DNA of 61,625 nucleotides, counting the filler, from Sphacelaria rigidula (Eukaryota): the NCBI GenBank assembly GCA_964200075.2. It is 10 parts of 10 records of this genome, joined end to end, with 100 filler letters (N's around TTAATTAATTAA, not from the genome) between each part and the next. Parts side by side here need not be neighbours in the genome. Positions count along the whole stretch, not along the records: positions 12,347 to 18,419 come from CAXNAA020022420.1; positions 18,520 to 24,592 come from CAXNAA020022421.1; 8 more parts are not named here. One strand, written 5' to 3'. Within the stretch, counting starts at the first letter, position 1, and every line of letters starts with the position of its first letter. Under the pieces are notes generated by a model, which was given only the letters and a program-made list of their open reading frames with translations, had not been told where the DNA came from and searched no databases. Below are positions 12,500 through 24,526 of this stretch, in pieces. A program made the translations under genes and the position numbers.

Positions 12500-12686
12500 A
12501 ATAATCAGTTTTCAGATATCGGTAAAATGCCCCTAACTCATGAAAAAAAAACTCTTGTGTGCACTGGTATTTTTTATTATTATGCCCTATTCATTGTACA
12601 TACCAAATTTCAGGGTCCAACTCTAAATATTGGCCGTAGAATGGGCCTGGAAACTGCAGAATCGCTCCTCGGCTGGCCCAGCTCCT
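12500..12686 (-). repeat. Dispersed repeat ending GGCTGGCCCAGCTC (GAG-terminal, possibly a Sola-type DNA element end)
   Basis: About 185 bp of homology with 31823-32007. The terminus GAGCTGGGCCAGCC also occurs at 24529. Confidence 0.65.
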
Positions 12687-12806
12687 AGTTGATCCTCATA
12701 TCCAAGTTGATCGTCAACGCAGTAAGTGCAGGTGAGTGCACTTCATCACATATCACTCGGTAGCTTCCACCACCACTTGCTGTAGTGTCCAGACGGCGCT
12801 GGCTCC

Positions 12807-13161
12807 GTGTGTGTTGTCACCCCATCTTTTCTGGAGGCCAGTCTACACCTTTCAGTATATACGGGCGCATCAGCCGGGGTCACACAGGAGGAAGGCCAAC
12901 GCAGGAGTTTTTTTTTTTGCTAGGACTCCACCTTCCTTCTGCGGTGTGGGTCTTCCTTTTTTTTCGTGAGAGGAGCTCAGCAGTCCCTTTCCCTCGTCGA
13001 CCGCGACGTCGAACTTCGTGTACCCACGGCATAGTCGCTCTCCGCTGTTGGGCATTGTGTGAGAAAAAATCCGAGATCTTGTTTCTGCACCGAGATTCGA
13101 ATCCACCACCCAACCGGCAGAATAATTCGAGGTTACCAACCAAGGCACCAGGGCGACCGGC
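12807..13161 (-). mobile_element. tRNA-derived SINE, copy 2
   Basis: Homologous to 9776-10132, with a degenerate A-box and B-box GATTCGAATC. Confidence 0.75.
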
Positions 13162-13298
13162 TTTTGTATTAGTCTCGAACCCATTGACCAGCGGAGGGGG
13201 TGATCTGGGTATTTATTTATTTTTGAAGTGCAAATAATGCCGATTCGACACAACGGGCTGAGCTCGTGTTCAATTCCTTGGGTGCCAGAAGTCCTTTC

Positions 13299-13480
13299 GG
13301 AACGGTATCTCCGGCAGACCTTCAAGGCCAGCAAGTCCGGCTTTGTAACTGACCAGCGCCTCTCTTGCTTACGATCATCACCTCCAATAGGAACGGTATC
13401 TCCGGCCGACCTTCAAGGCCAGCAAGTCCGGCTCTGTAACTGACCAGCGCCTCTCTTGCTTACGATCATCACCTCCAATA
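13299..13480. repeat. Tandem duplication, 2 x 91 bp, nearly identical
   Basis: GGAACGGTATCTCCGG...CACCTCCAATA occurs at 13299-13389 and 13390-13480. Confidence 0.95.
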
Positions 13481-13929
13481 AGAACATGTCGTGTATCTCG
13501 TCTTCCCCATCCGTTTCTAAGCCTTGACTGACGTCCACTGCAGTCGTTTTGTTCACGTTCCTAGCGGTCGACCTGGTGTATGCCTGTGGCATTCTACACT
13601 CAAGGAATCAGTCTCGTTTTTTTCTGTCGGCTGGCGTGCTATTGTCCGGGCTTGTCGGTACCGTAGTGCATGGGACAATGCAGCTGGTCGGCATGACCAC
13701 ACTCACTGTACAACCCTCATGTATGCCTTAATTTCATGAAGGCTTTTTGCATGACCGGCGTTGCCCGTATATTTTCACGCGTCTATGGTTCTGTAATGCT
13801 TTCAGAGATGATCATGTGAGATGCTCACTGTTGCCGTCCTATTTTAGTGATGGTCATCTGAGAGCTCGCCCTGCACGTGAACAACCTCGCATACTTTGTA
13901 TTCTCGTGTGTCTGTGAATTGCTGTGTAG

Positions 13930-14156
13930 CTCGCCGGGCAGGTCGCAACCGTGGTCTTCGAGTCTAAACAGCCGGTGGGCATGACGTACGACTCTCAGCC
14001 GAAGCTGAGACTTAAAGGCTCGGGGTTCATGACACTAAGCGACGATTTGGACTCCTTGGAGCTATCTTTTCAACCTGCTCTTTCCAAGGACGAATCGTAC
14101 AAAGTGTCGGTGAAGGCAGACGACACCCTGTCGCTCGAGCTGGTGTCTGGGAAAAA
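13930..14156 (+). CDS. Isolated internal exon encoding a beta-rich Ig/IPT-like repeat domain of an uncharacterised protein
   Basis: TAG acceptor (alternative CAG at 13941) and AA|GTGAGC donor around an open frame: VATVVFESKQPVGMTYDSQPKLRLKGSGF...LELSFQPALSKDESYKVSVKADDTLSLELVSGK. The L-x-L-K-G-S-G-F motif is IPT/TIG-like. Confidence 0.6.
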
Positions 14157-16569
14157 GTGAGCCGTGTCCTTTTTTTCTCGCTTTTTTTTTCTTCTCCTGA
14201 AAATCGTGGGATCGTAGATGTATGCACGTGTGCAAGTATTTCACTACTCTCCTGTTTTGTCCTTTTTGCGTGTTGAAATTTGGTGCTTGAATTACATGGA
14301 CGCACATGCATATTTCCGCGGTGTTTCCATCACGTGCTGAGAAATCTACTGCAGAGTAGGTTCCCGCGTACAACGGTCGTCACCATGACCCGTGCATGTT
14401 TGAATCTAAAAATTGCAGTCTGGTCACCCGGTAAGGCTTGCACTTCGCAGGGCACAGGCTGCACTGTTGTCTCCCTTCATTTGGCATGATTTTTCTCGAT
14501 AGTGGACTATTTCTCTTCTGATTTCTTGTACAGCGATTTCCGCATAGGTGTTGCGGTAATCTGGTGATGTGGTGGTACTTGGCACGGAGTTGTAAGTTTT
14601 ACTGCAAAGCCTCTTGAAGGGCTGTTGCTGAGGGTGACAAGCGCGTCATCAAAGACACGCCAAAGGTATTTGTGAATTGGATTACGTCGAGGCGACAAGT
14701 CACGGTAGGGAGCACATGCGGTTGACGTGGCCGTGGTCGCCCTTACGTTGGTGCTGACATGCTTATATATGGAGTAGACTGTTTGCCGAAAAATGTCTCC
14801 TATTCATATCTGTCAATTGTAGATTTATCGTGCATGAATTACTGTCGAGCTCATCGTCCCAGCCACAAAGTACTTCGGCCAACTAGCGCTGAAGAGCGTG
14901 TATATGTTTCAAAAACCTGAAATATCGTATTCGTAGAGCCTGAATTTCCCGTGTTTAGCTGTTTGTGAGGCTTATCGTCCCGGACCCCATTGTACTGAAG
15001 CCAACTGCCACTGACAAGCATGTAGATCGTTGGAAAAATCTGAAAAATCGCGAGTTCTCAAAACATTTGAAACATGAACCAATCCATGTTTTTGTCGGTG
15101 CGGGTTGGTGATCAGTACATGAGGGTCCTTGACTGTGAGCTTATCAAAAACTTCACACGAGATCTAGTTTTTTCAAATGTCTTTGCGTGCGGATACTATA
15201 ATGGATCCAACCCCAATTTCTGTGCCCTTGTTTGGTGAGATTTCACAGCGCCTCTTTCTTCTTTTATTTTGATTGTTTCTTCTTTGCAGTCGTGTTTTCC
15301 ATGTGTTTGTTATTGAGTCATGACTGCTGTTGTCTTCCAGCACTTGCTCATTTATCATCGTCTGTTTCGGGCAAGCACCGGATGCTTCTGCTTCATACGC
15401 ACGCGCCTCAAATCACATTATTATGCGTCTATCCTGTTTTCAAGATTGTTTCCGTGTTTAATCGTATTTCGGCGTACCGTAAACAGTAGACGTCACGGCA
15501 ATCAGGTGTAGGCAACATAATGTGTTTTGGTGAACAAGTGCGGGATATGGACTGTGGAAAATGACTACGAGTACCGCGAGTTGATAAAGCGAATAGTACC
15601 ATTTTGAATGAAGCTCTTACTCATACATGCAGTGGGGGTCCCGATATAGTGCGGTGGGCCGTCAGCCTGGCATGACCGCATCATGCTGAGCTCGCCCACT
15701 AGCTGGTACCTCGCTTCATACTGGTATCGGGCAATCACTCGATATGAATAAACATATGGGACTTCAGATATCGACCGTACTGTCATGGGTTCCCCCTGTA
15801 TGTGCATAGACAAAACAAATGTGTATCTTGTTCCAAGCTACGGGTTACTAAAGCAATGGGCACGTAGTATTCCTTGTTGTCTTTATTTCTATGTAAGTAC
15901 ATACTCGAGGCTGGTTCAGGCTGAAGGTCCAAAATTGACACCCCACTAGATTCAGAACGCAAAAGTGATCTTTTAAAAACATATGTAGTGTGATGGTGAC
16001 CCCCACAAGCAAGCGAACAGTGTTACATGACCGTTTGTTTTCCTCGTGTCCTCTTATATGAAGCTAGTAGTGAAAGTGTTTCTCGGCAAATCAGGGACCC
16101 TCAAATTGTTCTGAATTTGAGCATGCGAATTCCCAACTCAACTTGTATCCAACATCATCACTAATCAAACCTTGGCAGCCGCCATCAGCCAGATAATATT
16201 ACACGAAAAACAAATTTGAAAACGGTTCTATGGGATGGAGCTAAACCCCAAAACGTCGTATTTCGGTGACACGAGTTTTTGGCATCGTCAGATTTCCACT
16301 CCACTGTACGACCTCTTGACGCCTTTACTTGTAACTTGCGTAGAAAAGCTCAAATCATCCACCTACTTGATAGTTTGATAGATATGGGTGTTACGAGTGG
16401 AAAATAACCGACAAATTATATTTTTATGTCAATCCGCTCTCTACCGGCTTCCGGGGGTCCCAGTGTACCTACCCCCCAAAGCCGGTACATCTCACTTCAA
16501 ACACATTTTTTTTTATTTGACTCGTCCCGAGGTAGTCCACGGAACGTTTGTACGAAGTTTCCACACCCT

Positions 16570-16832
16570 GTACAACTACGATAGTTGGTAGTTGTTTACC
16601 AGACAACTACTGGTCTAGAATCGTGTGCAACTTGTTGTCTGCAGACAACTAACTTTTCAGATTCGTACACAACTAGTTGCCTCTAGATAACTAACTTTTC
16701 AGAATCGTACCCAACTAGTTGCCTGCAGACAACTACTGTTTCAAAATCGTACGCACCTAGTTGCCTGCAGACAACTAGTTCAAAATCGTGTGCAACTAGT
16801 TCTTTGCAGACAACTACCTGGTAGTTGTCTGC
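16570..16832. repeat. ~42-bp minisatellite with palindromic core TAGTTG(T/C)CTGCAGACAACTA
   Basis: About six degenerate units read directly. Confidence 0.85.
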
Positions 16833-17299
16833 GAAACAACTAACACAGTTGGATAGTTGTGACAAATGAGATGCATCAACAGCAGGTATCATAGTAGTGG
16901 TGGTGGTGTTAACCCTTTTGGAACCCTCTCCTCCTGTCCCCTGGTCAAACGCCTTATTATGAGAAGCCCTGACGAAGCGGAAAAGATGAAAACAGAAAAG
17001 GCCGACGGCAACCATTTTTACAACGGAAGATCGGAGAAGAATGTCCTCCCCGGAGAGAGGGGGTGAGGTTTGTCCAATCACACAACGCACCGGATAAAGC
17101 GTGTCCAATTGCATCCATCGACAATAAGCAGTAAAACCACGATGAAACATTCCATTAAAAAAACAGCAATCGGTTCCAGGGTCCAACCGGGCACGTTTGT
17201 ATATTAGAATTTGTAAATACGGGAAGCACCGCTTTGTCGGGCTGCAGCATTTGGTGACGAGTCTGCCAAGCCACACCGTACATACAGCATAGTATGGCT

Positions 17300-18215
17300 G
17301 AACCCAGCGAAATCCCTTCACCACATGTGGAAGGCACAGTGGGTTGTGCGGGCGGTACATGGCGGGTGTAATCGCAGGCGTCCGAACAGGCGATATGCAT
17401 GTACACCGGAGGGAGTCGACGGACACCGCTTACCGTAATCAAGCCAGATGAAAAACACTACAGTCGGTAAATACAGTAGGTTACAATATTGACTTGCGAC
17501 TACACTCCGCGCAAGATAAATATGGGCATGTCGTGAAACGTCGGCCACGAGAGTAGACGGCACGAGACGATAGCGGTAGCCGGCGTCATGAATCTCATGC
17601 AGCATGAAGTATGTCTATGCAACGGTCGGGAACGATCAACCCGCGGTTTAGATGTGGTGGGGCAACTGTGCCTTTCGCTACGCCATTGTGGAGTAGTCAG
17701 CCCGAAGTATGATGTTGTCGGCACGTACTTGGCAGAGCGCAGTTCTGTGCACGCCCCGCGTTTTACAGAGATATTTTCAAAATACAAAACAGACATGACA
17801 CGAAGCAGTAAGGTATTACCCCTGGGGCGACGGCACTTGGCATACTCTACACCACAGAGACGGTGTATAACTGCAGGGTACATGGCGTCTGCGTCGCCTT
17901 TACCCATTTTTCAAAGGGCGGGATGGTGCTGTCGGAACGTGCACGGGCGCGATGTTGTACATGACGGGAGTCTCCAGTCGAGATTACCTCAAACTGCTGT
18001 AAACACACCCAGTACTGTACAGGGCAGTGTCGCAGCACCCCCGGCGGCACGAAAGGTCACTGCCTGGGATTGCATACCACCAGTTAATACATTTAGCGAA
18101 TGTGCCATCGGCGTTGCCCTTGTTGCTATGACACTGCAAAGAGAATAAATTGCAGCGGGCAGGGCGTGCAGGTCAGGCCGGAAGCATGCTTCACAGAGGC
18201 CTGCCGCGCACTGTG
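17300..18215 (-). pseudogene. Heavily decayed Ty3/Gypsy pol remnant (RNase H to integrase zinc-binding region)
   Basis: Frameshifted fragments in the expected order: CAAGLCEACFRPDL, GKGDADAM, LIVPDRCIDI, LHEIHDAG, SWPTFHDM, SCAECSRK. Confidence 0.45.
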
Positions 18216-19060
18216 GCCGAGCAAGGACCTCATGAGTGTAGAAAAAAAAAGCCGACGGATCGAAGCAAGAAAATAGGAAACCTTCTCTTGTTCCACTTGT
18301 CACTCGTACGGGTCTGAAAAATTCGCGTTTGGCCAAAATTTTTGTGTCTAAGGCCGTTTCTTCCGGTTCGTATTTTGTTTGGCTCGTATTTTCCACTTTT
18401 AGGACATTTGACAAGGTTTNNNNNNNNNNNNNNNNNNNNNNNNNNNNNNNNNNNNNNNNNNNNTTAATTAATTAANNNNNNNNNNNNNNNNNNNNNNNNN
18501 NNNNNNNNNNNNNNNNNNNCTTCCGTGCAAGACAGATATGCCACTTCAGCCCCATATTTTGTTTGAACCCCAAAATATAAAATCGGCTGTTACTGTTGTT
18601 TATTTTTTTTGTCGAACCCACTGAAGCACGTTTCGACAGCTATCTCCCAAATGTTGGTGTTCATGAGTGACGACGGAGGAACTATGACGGGCGTTCGGCT
18701 CTGTCCCCTCATTCGCACTATATCTTATCATCACAAATGGATAAAAACAATGAAAACGGAACAATGTGGGACGTTTCAGACCTTCTCCTTTGGCTCAAAT
18801 CTTCATGAGGTAAGTGCGGTCCGTTTCGAAGAGAACATAAAAAAAAAAAATGCAGGGACGAAATCGCCTATCCCCTTGTTTGCGGCACAAATTTGGCCAT
18901 GAGCGGTTTGAGTCTGTGTTTGGCTCTGACCTGCTCCACGACAACTGTCGCTACCCCCTAATTTTCTTTTACAACCTATTATTGCAATATGTTTCGACAG
19001 GTATTTCCTTCATCGCTCACGATTACGATATCATGACGCACGACGAGTGACGGCCCCTAA

Positions 19061-19291
19061 TCAGTCAGTGTCCTTCACAAATCGCCGGTATACAGCGCCT
19101 GCGGCAACTCTTCCACCTGTGCACGCGCTAACACTGACACGCTTCCGCAGCAACCGAATGACGGATATGTCAGACGTATTTGCAGCAGCACGGAAGGTCA
19201 CGCGATCGTTGTGTACCGCTTCTACGGCCTGCTCTGCTGCACAATCGGAGTCCACCCTTCCTCTCTCTATGCCTAGCAGCCGATCGACCAA
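19061..19291 (-). pseudogene. Pipsqueak-type HTH remnant, probably the N-terminus of a pogo/Tc5-like transposase
   Basis: AEQAVEAVHNDRVTFRAAANTSDISVIRLLRKRVS resembles the HTH_psq pattern. No DDE domain follows. Confidence 0.5.
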
Positions 19292-19463
19292 AACGCTGAT
19301 GTTGGAAGAGCGACACCGGTGGCGGGCTTATTCGCGGTGCTGTGGCATGATGGTCTCTGATGCTTTCGGCACATGTTCTACCTTAAACGAAGCGCCGTAT
19401 GTTCTTGTGCACACGCAGCAACAGGATGGAAAACGATCAATATTCAGCAGACCATTTCAAAAC

Positions 19464-19841
19464 ATGAGGTTCATCGTAAAAATGAGACTTTAGCCCAAAA
19501 CAGTGCTTTCTCTACACTTTCAGCGATAGTGCCCTGTGACTCATTTGTCGGGCTACTGCCCTCGATCGCGTGAATACTTAGTCAGAACATTTTACTGACT
19601 GTGTAAGCTTACAGCGCCGAAAAAAAGGCGTCATATTCCCAGATTTTCGAGGGGTTGATATCAGGGAATATGACGCCTTTTGTCAGCACTGTAGTCTCAA
19701 AGAGTCGGTAAAATATGCTGAAAAAGTATTAACGCGATCGAGGGGCACTAGGCAGCCGAAAAAAGTCATCGCGCATTACTTCTGAAAGAGTAGGGAAATC
19801 ATTGTATCGCGCTAGAACCTCATCTTTACGACGAAGCTCAT
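19464..19841. repeat. ~380-bp imperfect palindrome with a perfect 18-bp inner stem
   Basis: AAAAGGCGTCATATTCCC (19623-19640) / GGGAATATGACGCCTTTT (19664-19681). Outer arms are diverged. A third arm copy lies at ~21205-21325. Confidence 0.85.
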
Positions 19842-22800
19842 CTTCTAGAGTAGTTTGTTATTTGGTGGAGTTATGAATGATAAAAAAAACTATTGTCTCA
19901 TAATCCGCGTACTGTATCTGAATTGGTGTTGATATTCATGGGTCCATTTACATCCATGCTTTCGAGGCTGGTTCATGGTGAACGACAAAAATAGGTACTT
20001 CACAGTTGTTGTTGTTCACGTCGTTTTGCGAGTTATATCCTGGAATTTCGAGCGCAACTGCTCAGATAGATGTGCAAAGGCTGCATGTTTGGGGTATATC
20101 GTCATATGTGTCTCCGCCGGATGCATACGTGGGGTCCCAGAACGCCTTGCGTGACTCTTCGCCGCCTCTTGGGACACCCGATATCCGACGCTGAAAGAAT
20201 TTTCAAGGAACGTCCATACCGCCTTTTTAGATAGCTGAGAGCAGCCGTGTGCGAAAATTTGGGGTCCTTTTATGTGAAAAAATGTCGCGGACATTTCTTC
20301 CACATGCGCCTTCTTGTGGGGTACACTAGTATATGTATGCAGAAGCCACCAGTTTGGTCGTTATAGTGTGCTGCAGAAGTTTTATGTGTGCGCTTAAGGT
20401 TGACTCCAGTATTCCACGTCAGCTTAGGGAGTTGCGAGACAGAACCTGGGACCCCCTACCCTTCCACGACGTTTGAATGAATAAAAATCAAACATCTTTC
20501 GGGGAACTGTTAGGGTCCGGATTCGAGGTGTGTTGACGCGAGGACGACTGGTATCTACTGCGAATAACTTGAAAAAAATAACGATCGATCTTTTCTCCAT
20601 GTGTAGCATCTTCAACAACCATATTGCCGACTTTGAGGATGATCGGAGCTTTTGTACGAATGTTCTCACGGAAGATGTCAAGAGACTTCGGGGGCAATTA
20701 ATTGATGTACGCATTATTGGTGCATTCGACGACGGAAAAACGAGACGCCACCAAATATACAACGTAATGGGGTGTCGGTCGAGCCCATATCGACTGTTAC
20801 TACTATTTTTCCCGTCGAATATCTTCTTTGACGTTTGTTATGAAGGTTTCATTCGTGTTGACGTGCGGTACACATGAGTCGGGGATTCACGATTTCGATT
20901 TCATGACAATTTCGAGGCCCTTGTTTGGCGACAAAACACTGTTACTGCTGGCGCCGCGGGAAAAAAGCGCAATAGGAAAGATCACAAGGAAAATCTGGGC
21001 GTGTCACGCTGCATGCGCGCTTCCTCGTAAGGGTCACGATGGTAACAACTACGTTTTTCTCGGGTCATTCTTGTGTATATCGGATTTGTTGGGGGAGAAA
21101 TATTTGGTCGTTCACCCTAAAGTAGCCTGTAAGGTTTCGAGGGAGTTTTGGAACGGTGTGCAGGGGGCGACGGATGAAAATCCTCTTCTTCGCCCAGTAC
21201 TCCCTTCGGTGAAATGCGCTGAAGAAGTATGTACGCGATCGAGGGGCATTAGGCCGACAAAACCGTCATCGCGCACCATCGCTGGAAGTGTGGGGAAAGC
21301 ACTGTTTTAGGCTTGAACCTCATCTTGGAGTTAAACCTCGATTCGCACAATTTGTTGTTGAATGCGGACTCTTACTCATTGTCAGGTTCAGGGTACAACA
21401 ACATTACAGTTAATAGATGACGAAACGCGTTGACTTCCCGGGTGCAAACAGGATATTGCGTGCCCTGGGGGGCTCCAGGTAAATTGCTAGTCTTTGTCCG
21501 GACAGCGGCAACTTGTGAACAGCGGACTCCATCGAGATGGGTTTCGATCATGATTGTTCCAAAGTCAGTGTGTTTTCGACTAGAACACGTGGCGATGACG
21601 CAAGAAGCAAGAATTGTATGGAGGACAGCATGAGACCCCCTCTTCGATTTGCCGTACAGCTTCAGTTCTGATTTGACGGCTCGTTATTCGGGTTTGAATG
21701 TAATGAAGAAACATGCCGCATTTGCGACTTGAATTTTCCGGAAATACCTCCTGGCGTATGCGTGGTGCTAACATCGTTTAAGCATGTTCACCAGTTGAGG
21801 CACAAGCTATAGGGCAGTAAACGCCCACATTTCCCCGCAAAGTTCCACGTGCAAGGTTATGCCTCGGCCACGAATGGCCGGCCACGATGGGCGCTAAATT
21901 CCAGATTCAAAACGATATGTGGTGTCGAATTCGGGGTGCACAACCTCAGGAAACTTTGTCCCGGGTAGGGTCAGGGTCTATAACCTTACGCGAAGAACAA
22001 AATATGCAGTATTTCACCACTTGACAAGAATCTCTCCAGCAGTGGCTTCTTGTATGCTTTATGCAAATAACTGCCTACCTCAAACTCGTTCCATATACGA
22101 GTTGCGAAGTTGACCCTCGTTTGTTGGATGGACCGTACAAGCTCGCCACTTCAGAGCCGGGGCGTTCGGGTTCCCCGTCGTCTCACGGGGGCTCACGGTT
22201 TGTATTACACCTCTTGCTAGAAGGCCTTACTGCATAGATCGAGTAGATAGGCGAAATAATTCAAGAGTCCAACATCGACCCCCTGAAATTTCGTTGCGAT
22301 GTCGACTCTCGAAAGATAAACGGTGTCATCGCTTCATCGTCAGTGATGCGTGATCCGTGCAGGTACCACAGGTACTGTCAGATGGAACAACCATCATCGG
22401 TTGTATTGCGTGTCAGAGATTCGTGCAGAGGGCACTACGTACGTCAACATGACATTGTCTTTCTGTCGAGGGACTACCGCACGGCAATCACAGATCACAC
22501 GCTAAGGTAGGAAGATAGAATCCTCACAACACTTCATGTTATGTTACGCATACCAGACCCTACGCGAAACAAAAACACTCGTGAGACGCACACCTGACCA
22601 CACACTCCTCATCCACATATCGCTATGCATCTCACGCCGCTGCTCCCCTTGCCCTCGCCACTCCCTCTTCCCCGCTCTCCGATGCACCCACACTCGACAG
22701 CATTGCGTCAACAACACACGCGAATCCCAATGTCGGCGCCTCCCACTCCTCGTCACCCGACCTACCCCATCCTCAATCTCGACGGCCGCCCCCCAACCGC

Positions 22801-24427
22801 ACTGGGCGTTGACGAATATCACTGCGAATTAAACGTCAACTTAGTGTCACGAAATGGTGGTCGGTGCTACTCGCCCCGATGAGCACAACAGTACTATACA
22901 CCTGCCCCGAACCGAACGAACTATCGCTCCCAAGCGCCATCCCTTAAGGGCATTAATTTGCAGGCTGGGCTTGGGGGCACTAAGTGCCGCCGTTTGCAGT
23001 CAAAGGTACGGATCTGTGCGGCACACGCTGTGATGTTCATTCAATAGGTGAAGGTGCGGAGTCCTATTCTGCGCACGGGCAAGCTTGTAGTGGTGTCGCA
23101 GGACAGGCCCTTGCGCCGACCTCTTCGGCTTGCATTCGCCACGTATCGGGCATGCATGCCAAAGATACATGTCTGCGTATGGCGCCGACGGGAAAAATCT
23201 GAGGCCTACCCCCTTCCGCACGAAGGAGTTATATGGGATGCTGAGTCGCGGAGTCGTGGTGGAAACTCGTCCCGTTCCCGGGCGCAGTACTCACGTAATC
23301 GTATATGGCCACCCACTGCGTCGCGGGAGGACTTCCACCATCTGGCCTACTGTTAGCCACATGGCCGAAGAAATACAGAATCCTAGCCATCGTGATGTTT
23401 CCTACGCCGACCGAGCGGTTTGCGGCGGCGCGGGGGGTAACATATATCTCGACGTCTTCCCCTCTGCCTTCACCAAGGGCCCACCCATGCTCAGCTCCTG
23501 CTTTCCCTGCGGTCTGTACGTCCCCGCCTCGCCACCTTCCCGTCCCCGAACTCTCAACGCGCGGTGCGTTCCTCCAATATCTCCACCCTTTCAACCGGGT
23601 GATGGCTAAGCCGCCGGCGTCGCCACTACTTTGGGCCCAACAGTCGGGACACGCTGCCTGGTCGCATCGCGGCTCTCTGCCCTCTCTCCCGCACCCGAAC
23701 CATGTGTGGTAACCCTTCATCAGCGTTGCTGCATCAGAGCGCATGTACGATTTCTGGATGGCTGCCTGCCAGTTCAGATGTCGCCCCCCTTGTGCGCCGT
23801 CGTTTTCCTCTTCACCCCCCCCGCTTTCCGGCCACAGGCGCATTTCCCATGTGCTTGATGTACCCGTGGACAAGGACGGCGAAGAGTTGCGTTCGTTGTC
23901 GACGGGACATCCCAACCCCCCGCGCGATGTCTCGCGAAGGTGAGACAGCAGCCGGGTGCACCCTGGCCCCGTGTTGACGCTGTACGTCCTGGAGCCCCCG
24001 GCCGCTCTGTCACGGTCACGACGTACCATCAGTCATTGCCTCCAGCGCTAGTCGTGTGTTCCATCTCTGGATATGGTGTGCGGCAGGGGTGCGCCCGCTA
24101 CTGGATTTGTTCGATCGCTTGTGGATCTGATGAGCGTGTTCGCCCACTGAAGCGTCGGGCATAACGCCTGTCGGTGCGGGCGAGTACAACAATAATATCT
24201 ATGTTATGGCGGGGTCACGATGTTGGATGCTGCCGGTATATACTTCACTTCCTCTGTCGAACGGGGGGGAGTTGTTCCCGCCCGCCGACTGCCGTGGGTC
24301 ATAGAACACCGCAGACATCGGTGACCACGTCGATAAAGAACTCCAAGGGCGAATTGAGTATAGTATGTTCTTTTGGATATTCGGGTAAAATACCCGACTA
24401 TTTAGTCTATTCAGCGTTTAAGTATCG

Positions 24428-24526
24428 AAAGTATGACCTCAAATTCTCTACTAGATTTCTTGGTACCTAAAGTGAGACCTCAAATACTTTACTCAGGAAT
24501 AGACTTTCAAAAGTATGACCTTGAAT
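24428..24526 (-). repeat. Degenerate 41-bp-period repeat related to the 31290-31690 array
   Basis: AAAGTATGACCTCAAAT-like motif at 24428, 24469 and 24510. Its reverse complement matches GTATTTGAGGTCGTACT in the other array. Confidence 0.6.

Noticed and set aside
16570..16832. CRISPR-like appearance (palindromic repeat plus spacers); likewise 24428-24526, 31290-31690 and 42660-43020
   Set aside because: The spacers are homologous to each other, the repeats are degenerate, there are no cas genes and the context is eukaryotic. These are minisatellites.
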